Shown: positions 40,509 through 52,770 of the stretch, one piece after another | Numbering within the stretch: position 1 is the stretch's first letter | Layout of the letters: each line of letters starts with the position of its first letter | DNA from: Eledone cirrhosa | Taxonomy: Eukaryota | DNA length: 64,000 nucleotides | Direction of reading: 5' to 3' | NCBI GenBank assembly: GCA_964016885.1 | Contig: OZ024746.1 | Coordinates: 13,330,001 to 13,394,000, forward strand | The notes under the pieces: generated by a model | Seen by the model: the letters and a program-made list of their open reading frames with translations, nothing else | Database searches by the model: none | Told to the model about the DNA's origin: nothing | Position numbers and translations under genes: made by a program

Positions 40509-43500
40509 TAAATGATGATAAGGATGATCTGTTTGACGAGGGCTGACCTAGAGCTAATCAACAATAACATTTGCTGGCTCAATCCACCAAAGTGTAACTG
40601 GGAGTAGTTCACCAATGAGGTTGAAATATAGATATAGCCAATAGGCTATATCTATATTTCAACCTGCTTTGGCCATAATTGATTAAAAAAAGTTTTATAT
40701 ATATTATTAACTAATATAGAGTAGCTTCTTTCTTGTCCACATGGGAGTGGTGAATGGATTGGTTTATATTAAATAATCAATAAGATTACATAATATTGAT
40801 ACGGCAAATATTTTAATAAAATGTAAGTAAAACTTATTGTTTCATACATATTCATTGTCATACTCAGATAAAGAAATGTTAATTAAAAAATATGACACAC
40901 AGAGTTATAAATTATTTGAAAAGCTAATTTATTTCAACTGAAGCCATAAATACATGACAATACATGCTACAATTAATTGATATGAAATATATTTTCCCAC
41001 CATAGTATTATCATTATCTTCATTTAACATCTGCTTTCCCTGCTAGTAAAGGCTAGGTTGTCAACAAACTGGGTTAGTACTCGATGCAGAGGTACTAACC
41101 CCATAGTGGGCCAAGAGCCTGCATCTCACATCCCTCCACCCTAATGAGTACTCAGATGAGTCAGCAACCAGTGATTTGCTTACATATTGTTGTGTGAACT
41201 ACAGAGTGCATTTTATCATGACACCAGCACCAAGAAGGTTGTCATGTCTTTGACACAACTGAAGAATATCCTGCTTCTTTGTTTGGCAGCTTTTCTATGG
41301 CTGGATGCTCTTCCTATCACCAACAACTTTGAAGAGTGCACTTATCATGTAATCACCAACCCTAAAGAGGTTAGCTGAAGGATCCTTTCAACCCTTTGCT
41401 TTGTTTGGAAGCTTTTTTATGGCTGGATGCTCTTCTTATCACATGAAAAAATTATACAACTAATATCTAATCAGATCATGTTGCTTTGATTAAATAGTGG
41501 CAATGCAGAACAGTAAGTAATCTTTAGTTTTGCAAGTCCACAGTGGTGCAGAAGAAGTGATAACTTCCGGAGGACACAGAAACCATCAAGGACAGCTCAT
41601 ACTTTTACAAGTGGAATTTTTACCCCTTTTTCTGTGGATTTAGGCACAGTTAAAAATTATAGAGATTATCCTTACAGTGATTGAGTAAAAATCTACAACA
41701 TATTGTTACTGAACTGTATAAAACCAGAACCTGAGAAGGTGTTGTGTAAAAATCAAAACAAATTCAGGATATAAAAACAGTCTACTGTTGGACAGATCTT
41801 AAGAGACAGAAGAATAATTGAAAGAAGAATGGGGACTAAAGATCTACAAGCAAAATGTTTGGAGACTTTTTCAAAAGTCTTTGACCCTGTCCACCAAGGC
41901 AAAAAAAGGATCAAATTCTTGTTGGTTATGGTATAACACAAGAAAGAGCAAAAATATAGCTACCTGACCAGAGTACATCCTTAACACTTCAAATGACAAA
42001 ATTAAAGAACTTGGCTTTAAGAAAATCTACCTCATCTCATCACCCATTTGCAACAATAACAGACTATACTGATGATATCAGAAGCTACCACCCTTGAAAA
42101 ACAGAAGTATGTAAATGCCTCAAAAACTAAATACATCTACTACAATCAGAGGAGCTCAATATGTACAATCAAACAAAACCCTTTAAAATATGAGGACTCC
42201 TTCATATACTTTGGAAGTGATAGAAGCTTTAGTAGCCATAGGAGTATTAGTAAATTAAAAAGTAAACCAATTTTTATGTGATAAACTGCAGATGTCATTT
42301 TATTATCTTTAAAAATATGCAACCTACAACTAAATAAACATCTCTCATTTGAGAACCAGAGTTGATAATAATATAATTACTTCAACTATCAATATATTCT
42401 CATTAAAATATTTATCAAAGAATGTAACCAGATATGACCATGCCTAATTAGAACTGGAAGCAGTGTCTAATTATATCAGTACTTTAATAAATAATCATCA
42501 AAGAATCCAATCCAAATACTAATCATTTTTCACATCGGTATAGAGCCCCAGAGTTAGCAGGATGGATAGAGGGATGGTTAAGAAGTTCATGTCTTAAGAT
42601 ATTATTGAATAAAATGTAATAATTCTAAATAGGAGTTGAAAACATAATAGATTAGTAATTCAATTTTCTGACAACTTAGCAAACATTGATGATTTGGTAC
42701 AAACCATGATAAAGTTAATATCTTTTGTATAACAAAAGATAAATTACAGCTTTGACAACAGTGTAAGTATGAAGAAAAGTGTTTAGCTGTTAAATATTGG
42801 TCAATGCTAGCATAATTTAGGAAAATATACAGAATAGTTCCTTTCAAACTGCTTCTTAGTTCCTTTCTAGGGCCCTAAGTTTCTAAGATCCCAAGTTATT
42901 CTAAACTTTCCTGCTTGTTTTTTAAAAGGCAAATACTGTTTAACCCTTTAGTATTTAAACCGGCCATATCCAGCCAGAATTCTCTCACCCTTTTCTGTTC
43001 AACCCAGTCGTAACCAGCAGCTCTTACTTATGTTAAGGTATTGTTCTCAAAATAAATAATATCAAAATCTGAGAGATTCAATAATTATGTGAGATAAAGC
43101 CTTTTCTGTGAAAATATAATGTGAATGGTAAAAGGTTAAAATGTGGAAGGAGACAAATGTATTGGTATAATATAACTACTGTTAGAACATCAAGAACTGG
43201 AATGGAAAGGAAACAATTCAGATTTGAATCCTGATAAACACCTGAACAGATACAAAAATCTTGCATTTACTGCTGGCCTAGCTTCTAACTTCACATCAAA
43301 CATGCAGTTTCACCAGCTTTCCACCTACATGATCACAGTCACTACTGACACACCTCTTTCTCAAACTGTCTGCATACCTTAGAAACTAAACACCTAACAT
43401 CCTCTCTTTCTCATCATCAGGTAACTTAGTCATTTAGTTTTATTAAAAAGCAAACGTTACAATTACATTAAATTTAGAAAAAAATGTTTTCTGTTTTTTT

Positions 43501-45662
43501 TCTAACTACTTTTCATTTATTAATCTTATGTAGCAGATAGGTGGGTGTTTTACTGGTGGTTCTATTTCTTTACACCAACCACAACTGTGAAATAAGAGTT
43601 GTACTTATTTGTAGATATGTAAATTGAAGCAAGTAGAATATGATTTAGATAGTAAACATATTGAAGTATAGTCCACACACCCATTGTTTCCTGGTCCTAA
43701 AAGTAAATATTACCACACCTACTCATAAAAATTAATACTAAATTTTATTTCAGTGTAAGTAAAGAATAACTAAACCAATAACAATAGAAAAGGAATGTTT
43801 TATCAGCTCAGGAAGTTGGTATGATAATCCAAATACTTCAGAGGTGAAAGTAATAACTAAAGAATTTATGACAATAGATCTTTACCTAAATAATTTTGTT
43901 AAACAATTTATACATGGCATTTAGCTAGTCATAAAATATGTTATAAATTTCAAATGAACAAACCTTGAATTATTTGAATTAGAAAAAAAGATATTGATTT
44001 ATGAAGGAAAACTTTAAAATATTTAATTAATTAAAGTAACAATTTAAAAGCTGTAAATCCCATAGATACTAAGACAAACATGCTCTCTTTCTCACACAAA
44101 AATAATGATTTATAATTTTAGCACAAATCTCGAAATTTGAGAGGAGGAGGAAACTGGTACTTTATTTTATCAACCCCAGAAGAATGAAAGGCAAAGCTGA
44201 CCTTGGCGAGTTTTGAACTCAGAACAAATATTGCTAAACATTTGTCCAACACTAACAATTCTGCCAATCCACTGCCCTCCCACACACACAAAAATAATAA
44301 CAAGATGGCAAACTTCCAATATACCAGATAGCAACCCTCCTGTTCACTACTACAAGTATCTACAGATTACAGAATAATTACAGAATACTTAAGATATACA
44401 AAGTAATAGAATTATGGCTGAATAACTAAAAGAAAGTTGAAGGCAAGCTAACAACAGAGATGAAAATGATTATTTATATACAAAGATAAAAAAAAAACAC
44501 ACAGGAAATCTAGACAATTCCATATGTAGAAGACAGAATATGTTGTCAGATAGTGTTATCAACAATGAAATTAGAATTTCTTTTTCTGTGATACAGAGTG
44601 GTGGATAAGAATAGTTCGTTGGATAAAAATATACAAAATTATATAAGGTTGAATTATGATATAATATTTCATAGCTTAAAAAATATAAATGAAGTGAGAG
44701 ATTAATATAAAAATAAAGTATAATGATAAGAATAAATTATTGAGATGTTTGGTTTATAGGGGATAGTATTTAATAATAGATTAAATAAATAACTATTACA
44801 ATTTTGATGAGTACTTTCCTGGCAGAACAACAACCTGACTCAGCTTTGTTAGACAGTTAGTAGTGGCTAAAAATATAGCAATTATTATGTCTAATCATTA
44901 GTTTGTACAACAGCTTATCAATGGACACAGGAAACAAATTGGATAATTGAAAATTCACTTATAAACATTACAATCTTTTTACAGCCATTTTTCCATGTTC
45001 AATACAAGTTGGATAGTAGTGGTCAATGTTAGACACATTAAATAACATACCATTCAGTAAATATACCAATTCAATATAATATATTAAAATTATAGACAGT
45101 TATTTTTCATCAGAAATATAACAAAAGGGTTAAGTGATCATATTTTAAACTGGACTCTCAATTGAAATCTTATTACAAAACTAACAACAGATTTCAATCA
45201 ATAAATATTTATTGCATATCCTAAGATCTGCCTTGACCCTTTCGTATCTGGCCAGAATTCTCTCACTTCTTTCTGTTCAAACCAGCTATAACTGGCCACT
45301 CATACTGATGTTAAGGCATTGTTCTCAAAATAGATAACATTGAAATCTTGTAGATTCGATATTATGTAAGATAAAGCCTTTAACACAAAAATACAACAGT
45401 AAATATAAAGTAATGAAAATGCTAAAGGGTTAAGATAATTTATATGGACAGTGTGAAGCTGAAAAACATAACATCACCATTCTAAGTTCAATGCTTTAAT
45501 TACCTAGGCAGCCATCATGGTATGTGGTTAAAATTAGCAATCTAAACACCATTGCAATATACCAATAAATAACAAAAATTGCCAAACCATTCTAAATTTT
45601 TTATTACTTTGAAAACTGAATAGTAACCAAGTAGTTTATTCCTGTTAGAAACCATCATCATT

Positions 45663-45882
45663 AGGGCAGTGGATTATTAGTATCAGTAGTGCGTCAGACA
45701 TCATGCTTTCCGGCATAGAGTTATGGCCCTTTACGTTCTAAGTTCAAATACCGCCGAGGTTAACTTTGCCTTTCATCCTTATGGGGTCAATAAAATAAAG
45801 TACCAGTAACACACTGAGGTCCGTTTAATCGACTTTCCCCTCCCCCCAAATTGCTGGCCTTGTGCCTAAATCAGAAACCATT
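45663..45882 (+). mobile_element. Meta-domain-like SINE, longer subfamily
   Basis: Same head and core, plus an extra TTAATCGACTTTCCCCTCCCCCC segment. Confidence 0.82.
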
Positions 45883-48255
45883 ATTTAACATCTATTTTCC
45901 CTGTTAGCAATGGTTTAACAAGTCACCACAGACTAAGTACTCATGCAGAGTTACTGACCTCTCAGATTGATGGAAGGTGCAGGAGGTCTTGATTATGGAT
46001 GGTCACAAAAGCCTTGGTGATAACTATACAGTCTCTTTTGTTATAATAAATGTGTAGGAATAACAACTGCTCAAAGAATAAGCAAATATACAATTCTTAA
46101 CATTCCTATCTATACTGATATACAAAACTGATGTAGCAAGAATTACTCAGACTAAGTTACCTGCTTTTATGAATTCCAGATTCTAAAAGAAACCCCAAAA
46201 TAGCTAACAGGTTGCTTACACTTCTATAGGTTTCATGACATAGATAGCAGCTTTATAATATATGTTTTAATGTAGTAAAGGTGCTGGAGGGATCTAAACC
46301 ACAGTCTAGAGAGATCTAAACCTTTGTACTATACCTATTATGAATGTCCTGTTTGTCTGACATATTCCAAACTTACATTATGGTTCAATTGTCAAATGTA
46401 AAAAAAGTCATCCAGCTGTAAAAGTAATTACTTCAACCATGTGCATCTGTGAACACTTACATTCCATCTTATACTAGCATTGAAAAATAGATGAAAAACT
46501 AGGATGAAAATCAACAGAAACTGGCAATATGTGATTTCTCATTTCTTTTCTGTATTTCTATAGAATGTTTTTCCACTTGACTAGAAATTTTAACAGTGTA
46601 TCTCTTAGGTCTGTTATAAATATATCAAAATTCCCCCATGGCCTCTTCATAGAGAAAATATAAAAGCAGTTCCCTAGGTAACTTTCATAAATTGACAGAC
46701 ACTATTTTCTTGTAATATCTTGTATCTTGTCTTTTATACAATCTAGTTTTCATGGCCTAATTTCAGGAAAAAAACTTAGATCTCAAGCATGTTGGTTGGT
46801 TAGGCAAATGATAGCATACTTTTTTAGGATAAGGTGATTAATTTCCAGGACATCCAACTGTTAAAAAAATGTATGTATAAATATACTCTTTGAAATGCTG
46901 GCTTCAATAATTTATGGTGTAATAAAAAAAAATCTAAATGGAATAAAGTTGATGACAGAAAATAAATCCTAAGGTAATAGCTACTATCATTTTAGAGTGG
47001 TCTGAATTCAACAAGCTTTCTAACCAGTCTTTCTCTCTTTTACTATTTGGTCTGTTTATCTATGTGCTGCATTTTCTGGCAACCCTCGTTTTACAAGGAC
47101 ATTTTGAGAAAAAAAAGAATTTTAGTACATTTCTTCATAAATTTATTATTAATTATTTCATTGTTTTTTTCAACATCATTTTGCTTATATAAATTGTATT
47201 ACTGTATAAATTGTATTACTGTATTAGTAATACAAACTAAAATGTTTTAACCATAGTTGTCCTCACCCTCTGTTCAGTCTCCCAACAGACATAATGGACA
47301 CAGGGAAGATTTTTTATGGTTTTTTGTTGTTGTTTTTTTGTTGTTGTTGTTTTCGGGGGGGGGGGTCCAATAGGCCGGCAATTATGGAAAATATCTCTCT
47401 TGCTATTTGGTCACTATCAAAGGTCTCCTATTTCACTAGTTACACTGATGTTCAAATTGCTTTCTTCCAATCCAGTCATAAATACTTTGTAGTATCCACT
47501 ACATGTTTACTGTATCAACTATCATTAGATCACTCTTTCTTCTTCCTAATAATATTTAATAGCATAAATTTCAAAGTATCTTCAACCAAAATTAATCTTT
47601 CTTGTAATTCATAATAATAATTTAATGACTGAAGCTTATATAGTTTAGGGATATTTTTTTTTTCTTTATTGTTATAGGATTTCTATTTCAGGATTCATTG
47701 AAATAAAATATATAATTCAGTCAATTTTGATTTTATTTATATTTTAACATTTTTTTTTTACTGTATTTCTAATGAAATACACTGTGTTTCAAATAATATT
47801 GAAGATAATCACAAATATAACTAACGTTCAAAGCATCATTTAACAAAAGGTTTTTACATAAAATTATTGTTTTAATATAAGTATGAACACTTTTTTTGTA
47901 TAATAAAACTAGTGGCAGTTTCAGGAAAGTTTGTATAAAAAGGGTTAAAAGGAACAGATGCTTTTGAAATTAGCTTCACTGACAATTAAGCAGGCCTCAA
48001 AGTCACTGTGTTATCACACTAATTTCAAATACCATTGCTGTTTGCTAAATAGAACATATTATCTCATGGTACTTACTAGTGACACATTTACAAACACCAC
48101 AACCAGCATTTTGTCATGTATTTGTCTACCCTTTATTTAAATTTCGAGATAAGTCTTTACCATATGTATAATTCACCCATCAATTGCACTGCCTACAGCA
48201 CTCTTACCAACATTCTTACCAACAGCACTAGACAAAACTTCATGAATAAATTACC

Positions 48256-48353
48256 AACCCTTTACAACAGGGTGAAATATTGCAGGATAAATACTAATTA
48301 GCTAACCCTTTGCAACAGGGTGAAATATTGCAGGATAAATACTAATTAGCTAA
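48256..48353. repeat. ~47-bp tandem duplication
   Basis: AACCCTTT.CAACAGGGTGAAATATTGCAGGATAAATACTAATTAGCT occurs twice. Confidence 0.85.
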
Positions 48354-49048
48354 TGATTTATTAATAGAATAATAAGCACTAATAAATAAAAAGACAAATA
48401 AAATTCATATATGTACAACATTTATCCCGACCTTTCAATACAAGAGGCTATTTTATACCAGACAATTTTAAAATCCTAAAAGCAAATCTAAATTGATCAG
48501 ACAAACCAAATTACACTTATATGGAACTTTTAACATTTTCCATCTCAGCAATCATGTCTTATTTTTACTAAGAATAACAACAAAATAGTGTGTGATAGAT
48601 AACGACTATCACCATAGGCAAGTAAGGAAATATAGGTTTACAACAGTGTTTTGAAAGTATTAATTTTAGATCAGACATGGCTATATGAAAGACAAACATA
48701 GAAATATATCAGTAAAATTAAATGAACTATTAATTATTAACATAAAGGTGTGAAGGAAGATTTAAAACATCAGTTTTAAATTAGCATGAATTATTTAATA
48801 TTTCAAATCTTTAATTTCAAATTTAATGGTCTCTTTTTTCTTTATTCACAAAAGATTTACCAAATTTAGCCTTAATCTATAACAAGTGTTCTTAACCTGT
48901 GATATCCATACATATCTTGGAGTATATTCAATCTCTAGAGTTGTTTTCTATAAATAAATATGACCAAACGTTACTTTCTTTCCTGCTTCTATGTAAGAGC
49001 AAGCTATTTACATGTATTGGAGTAGGACTGGTGGTCATTATGATTTCA

Positions 49049-49193
49049 TGCTTTCCAGCATAGTTACGTCCCTTAACGATCTGAGTTCAAATCCCGCCGA
49101 GGTTGACTTTGCCTTTCATCCTTACGGGGTCGATAAAATAAAGTACCAGTAATGCACTGGGTAATTGCTGGCCTTGTGCCTAAAGTAGAAACA
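49049..49193 (+). mobile_element. 5'-truncated Meta-domain-like SINE with 12-bp TSD
   Basis: TSD ATTATGATTTCA at 49037-49048 and 49194-49205. Confidence 0.88.
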
Positions 49194-50165
49194 ATTATGA
49201 TTTCAACAGTCTGCTGAAAGGGATGTAGGGACATATTGGAAAATCCTTTGGAGGTCTAGAAACACACAAAAAAATTAATGCCCATTCTACATGGTAATCA
49301 CACGACTTGCTAGAAATAGCAGCGAAATGTCCCATAAAGCACACTTTGTCCTATTTTGAAACTGAACACATTGTATGTAGTAAAAGGACATTATTCCTGA
49401 AAGAATAAATGGGATAGTAATGGCTTGAAACTTTCAGTCATAAGTTTACTTCATCAGGATCAACATTTTGGGGTCAAAATTTGAAACACCTTACCATATT
49501 TCTAAAGAAATATTTCAATTAATTAATTAAGAATTTTGAGTGATTTAATAAAATTATTTATTGTTATTATTATTATTATTAAAATGTTATTTGTAACATT
49601 ATTTCATTATTAAAATATTTGTAAGAAAAGGTTCTTACATCATATTATAGAACATTTTAATATAAATAGGAACCCTTTAAAATGGGTTTCATAAAAACAG
49701 GGGAGGTATCAAGTTTAGTAGATGAGTTGGTATCAAGTTTAGTAGTTGTGTTTGATATAAGATAGTCATCTTTAGTTATAAAGATAGTCATTTTATATGT
49801 AGGGTACCACATAAAGAAAATAACTTCACCCATTAATACAACTAAGAAACATCACCAAGAAATCCATCTCTTTTCACAAAACTTGAAGATGCTGCTGCCA
49901 ATATCTCCCCCACCTTCCCGCTATTTTCTCCAACCTAACTGACCTGCAAACATTTGCTTCAGGTCTGAACTTTGCTTGTGCAATCAAGATCGGTGGAGGT
50001 CTGATGGAGGAGGGGGGAGGATTTCCTTCAGTACAGCTGGATTCTGGAACAGTCTACTCTAAGAATGAGACTAGTATGTGTGAAGATGACAGGATGTTTC
50101 AACGTCATAATTAATTACACATGTACTTACAAATATGTGTTTTTATCCACACACGCACTATATTC

Positions 50166-50255
50166 TATGCAACGGTGTAGATCTTACATTAAGCCTATAT
50201 ACACACACACTGTATTTTATGCAACGGTGTAGATCTTACATTAAGCCTATATACA
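50166..50255. repeat. 52-bp-period tandem duplication
   Basis: TATGCAACGGTGTAGATCTTACATTAAGCCTATATACA occurs twice. Confidence 0.85.
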
Positions 50256-50927
50256 TAACTATTGACATTTTTTTATCATATAAGATATTTTTGAATTTTA
50301 CATATTTTTAAAAATCGAACTAAAAATTGATTGTCAAACATGATCAAAGATGTTCCAATAGTGGCTCTCTCGTATTTTCAGATATCTAGGACTCTCTTGC
50401 TCAATGTGCCTTTTCGCTTCTTTGAGATGATAGAAAGTGAATTGAGAGACCTGCTTGTTAATTCTAGTAAGTCAACATTATTATTGATTAAAATATTAGG
50501 AGTCATAAAATTAGATTTTTTTTAAATTATTACTAGAACTCTTTTAGCAAACAAATATCCAAGTTTTGAATTACTAATAAAATATCTAACATTTACAATT
50601 GTAAAATTTTCTTCTCTTTTACGCATAAATGATATCAATTAAGCCTATCTGACTTCCTCTCAACCAAGATGTGGAAACCTTATATCTGTATTGGTACACA
50701 ATTCTAAGAAGAAATCGATAACCATGTGGATATAGTTGCTAGGTAACAATACAAAAATCAAATTGCACTTTTCTAAACTGGAATGGATCTTACTGAAACT
50801 TGAGAACAGTAGGGTGTCCCTACTAAAAATGTATACATACTTCAATAGCGTTCTAATAAATATTGCCTGTACAGGTAATCAAACTGTGTATACATTTTTG
50901 GGACACACACATATATATATATATATA

Positions 50928-51215
50928 TCACAATCGTAAGGCCATGAGATCGATTCCCAGCGGCGGATTGTGTCCTTGGGGAAGACATTTTATTTCACGT
51001 TGTTCCAGTCCACTCAGCTGGCAAAAATGAGTTGTACTTGTAATTCTAAGGGCCAGTCTTGTCATATTCTATGCCACGCTGAATCTCCCTGAGATCTACG
51101 TTAAGAGTACATGTATCTGTGGAATGCTCAGCCACTTGCTTGTTAATTTCATGAGCAGGCTGTTCCGTTGATTGGATCAACTGGAACACTCGTCGTCGTA
51201 ACTGACGGAGTGCCT

Positions 51216-51218
<3 letters not shown>
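50928..51218 (+). mobile_element. Second CORE-type SINE family with a different tail, between TA repeats; other copies near 8470-8580(-), 54425-54600(-), 61320-61530(+)
   Basis: TGTCCTTGGGGAAGACATTTTATTTCACG core; tail CTGGAACACTCGTCGTCGTAACTGACGGAGTGCC. Confidence 0.8.
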
Positions 51219-51256
<38 letters not shown>

Positions 51257-52637
51257 TTTTCTTGCTAAGATTTATAATTATGAATAGCAAGGAGGCTAAT
51301 TTTAAAGAATCGCTGTGCAGTTGGTGTTGGAAAACATTTGCTAACTATAGCCAGATGTCAGAGAGATGTCAACCGCCAATTTTAACAAAACAAAGAATCT
51401 TATGACCCGGTCAAATGAGCATGAGTAATAATTGTCAGTGGTCTATCTTAAATCGTGTAGTACTTACAATAACAAAATATATTCATCTGTCACAGTAACA
51501 ATCAATAAATGTTGATATTGGTATGTGCGAGTTTTATAATAAAAATGTATAATAAAAACGAAGCTATCGAGTTGGCTGGCCCTCCTTAATCTAGATCTCT
51601 ACTCCCTAATTAATAATGTTTTGTGCTTTAAACTATTTATAGAACCAGTTACATTTTTTCTTTCATAAAATAAGTGAATTTACTATTAGATAAAAACAGC
51701 AAAGTATATCTATTATTAATATTAAAATAATTTGGTTTCACTATTTGAATGATTTCTTTATTGTTATTTTTTTTTTTTTTTTTATGGAAATCGAAGAACG
51801 TTTATAAAACATATCTGAAGACAAGACAGTTGTGTGTGAGTAGCGAATGTAATTAAGACAAATCCAAAAATATCAGAAGTGATTAAGATTTCGTATACTT
51901 TTAAAATGAACATCATATAACTTGAGTAAACTTTATAGATTCATAGACTGAAACATTAATACAGATTGGATCCACTTTTGTTCTGTCAGGTGAGCGCTAC
52001 TCTCTTAAAATCTTCAACTACCTGCCACTGCAAAGCTTTCGGGAGTCAAGAAACTTACTCTATATTGTTCGGTTGTGTAAGTCATTAATGGTGGGCTTTA
52101 ATTATAATATCTAACAGTAATCATTCGAGGAAAAGTTGTCCATTTCTTTCTTTCAGATTGTTACATTTCAGAAATGAGTTATCTTCGATTAACAACGAGG
52201 CAAGTGGTTGACAATGTCACTTTACTTACGAGTAGCAACCTAGCATGTTTTATCGCAAATAGTAATCATCATGTTATTAGTAGTTTAAATTTACAACCAA
52301 GCAATTATATAGATCTATATATGAAAACCAAACAATATGAACTGTAGAAAATAAAAACATTACTTTTAGCGAGTGTTTTAGAATGTCTAATTACTAATTA
52401 ATATTACTGCTACTCTTATTTATATGAACAGCAAAGTGTAACAACAATAACAAACATAAATAATAAACAGATATCAACTGATATAAAATAAATTGCGTCA
52501 GAAAATTAATTTCCGTGTGGTAAGGTGAATTTTAAAGGTCCTGCGAAGAAGTGCGATTTGGTGATTCTAAACAGGAGAGAAGAGACAAAACATGCGTTAA
52601 ATAATGATCATACATTAATGAAATAAAAACAACTTAC

Positions 52638-52770
52638 ATTTGACGAGAGTTCTTCACAATTTGGGATTAGAAACGGTTAAATCTATCACTTGGTACGGTT
52701 AAGTTCCTTTTTTTTTATGGGTGGGATAGAAATTCACGTCAGCCACACCTGGGCGCCATTAACCAAGTAA
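52638..52770 (-). promoter_or_regulatory. Candidate TSS region / 5'UTR first exon of the minus-strand gene
   Basis: Lies in a repeat-poor, visibly CpG-richer stretch (~51.3-54.4 kb). YY1-like aATGGCG (52754-52760) and TGACGTG on the minus strand, followed by donor AT|GTAAGT (52632-52637). GC-box-like CCCCGC near 53045 and E-box GTCACGTGA near 53897 lie upstream. Confidence 0.4.

Noticed and set aside
40411-40620. Functional U6 gene, or the 68-aa ORF over it
   Set aside because: The 5' stem arm is missing, no TATA is visible at the expected upstream position, and the copy is enclosed by a TSD. The ORF is just translated U6.
49940-50115. GC-richer stretch with short open frames on both strands
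   Set aside because: No convincing acceptor/donor pair or recognisable peptide.
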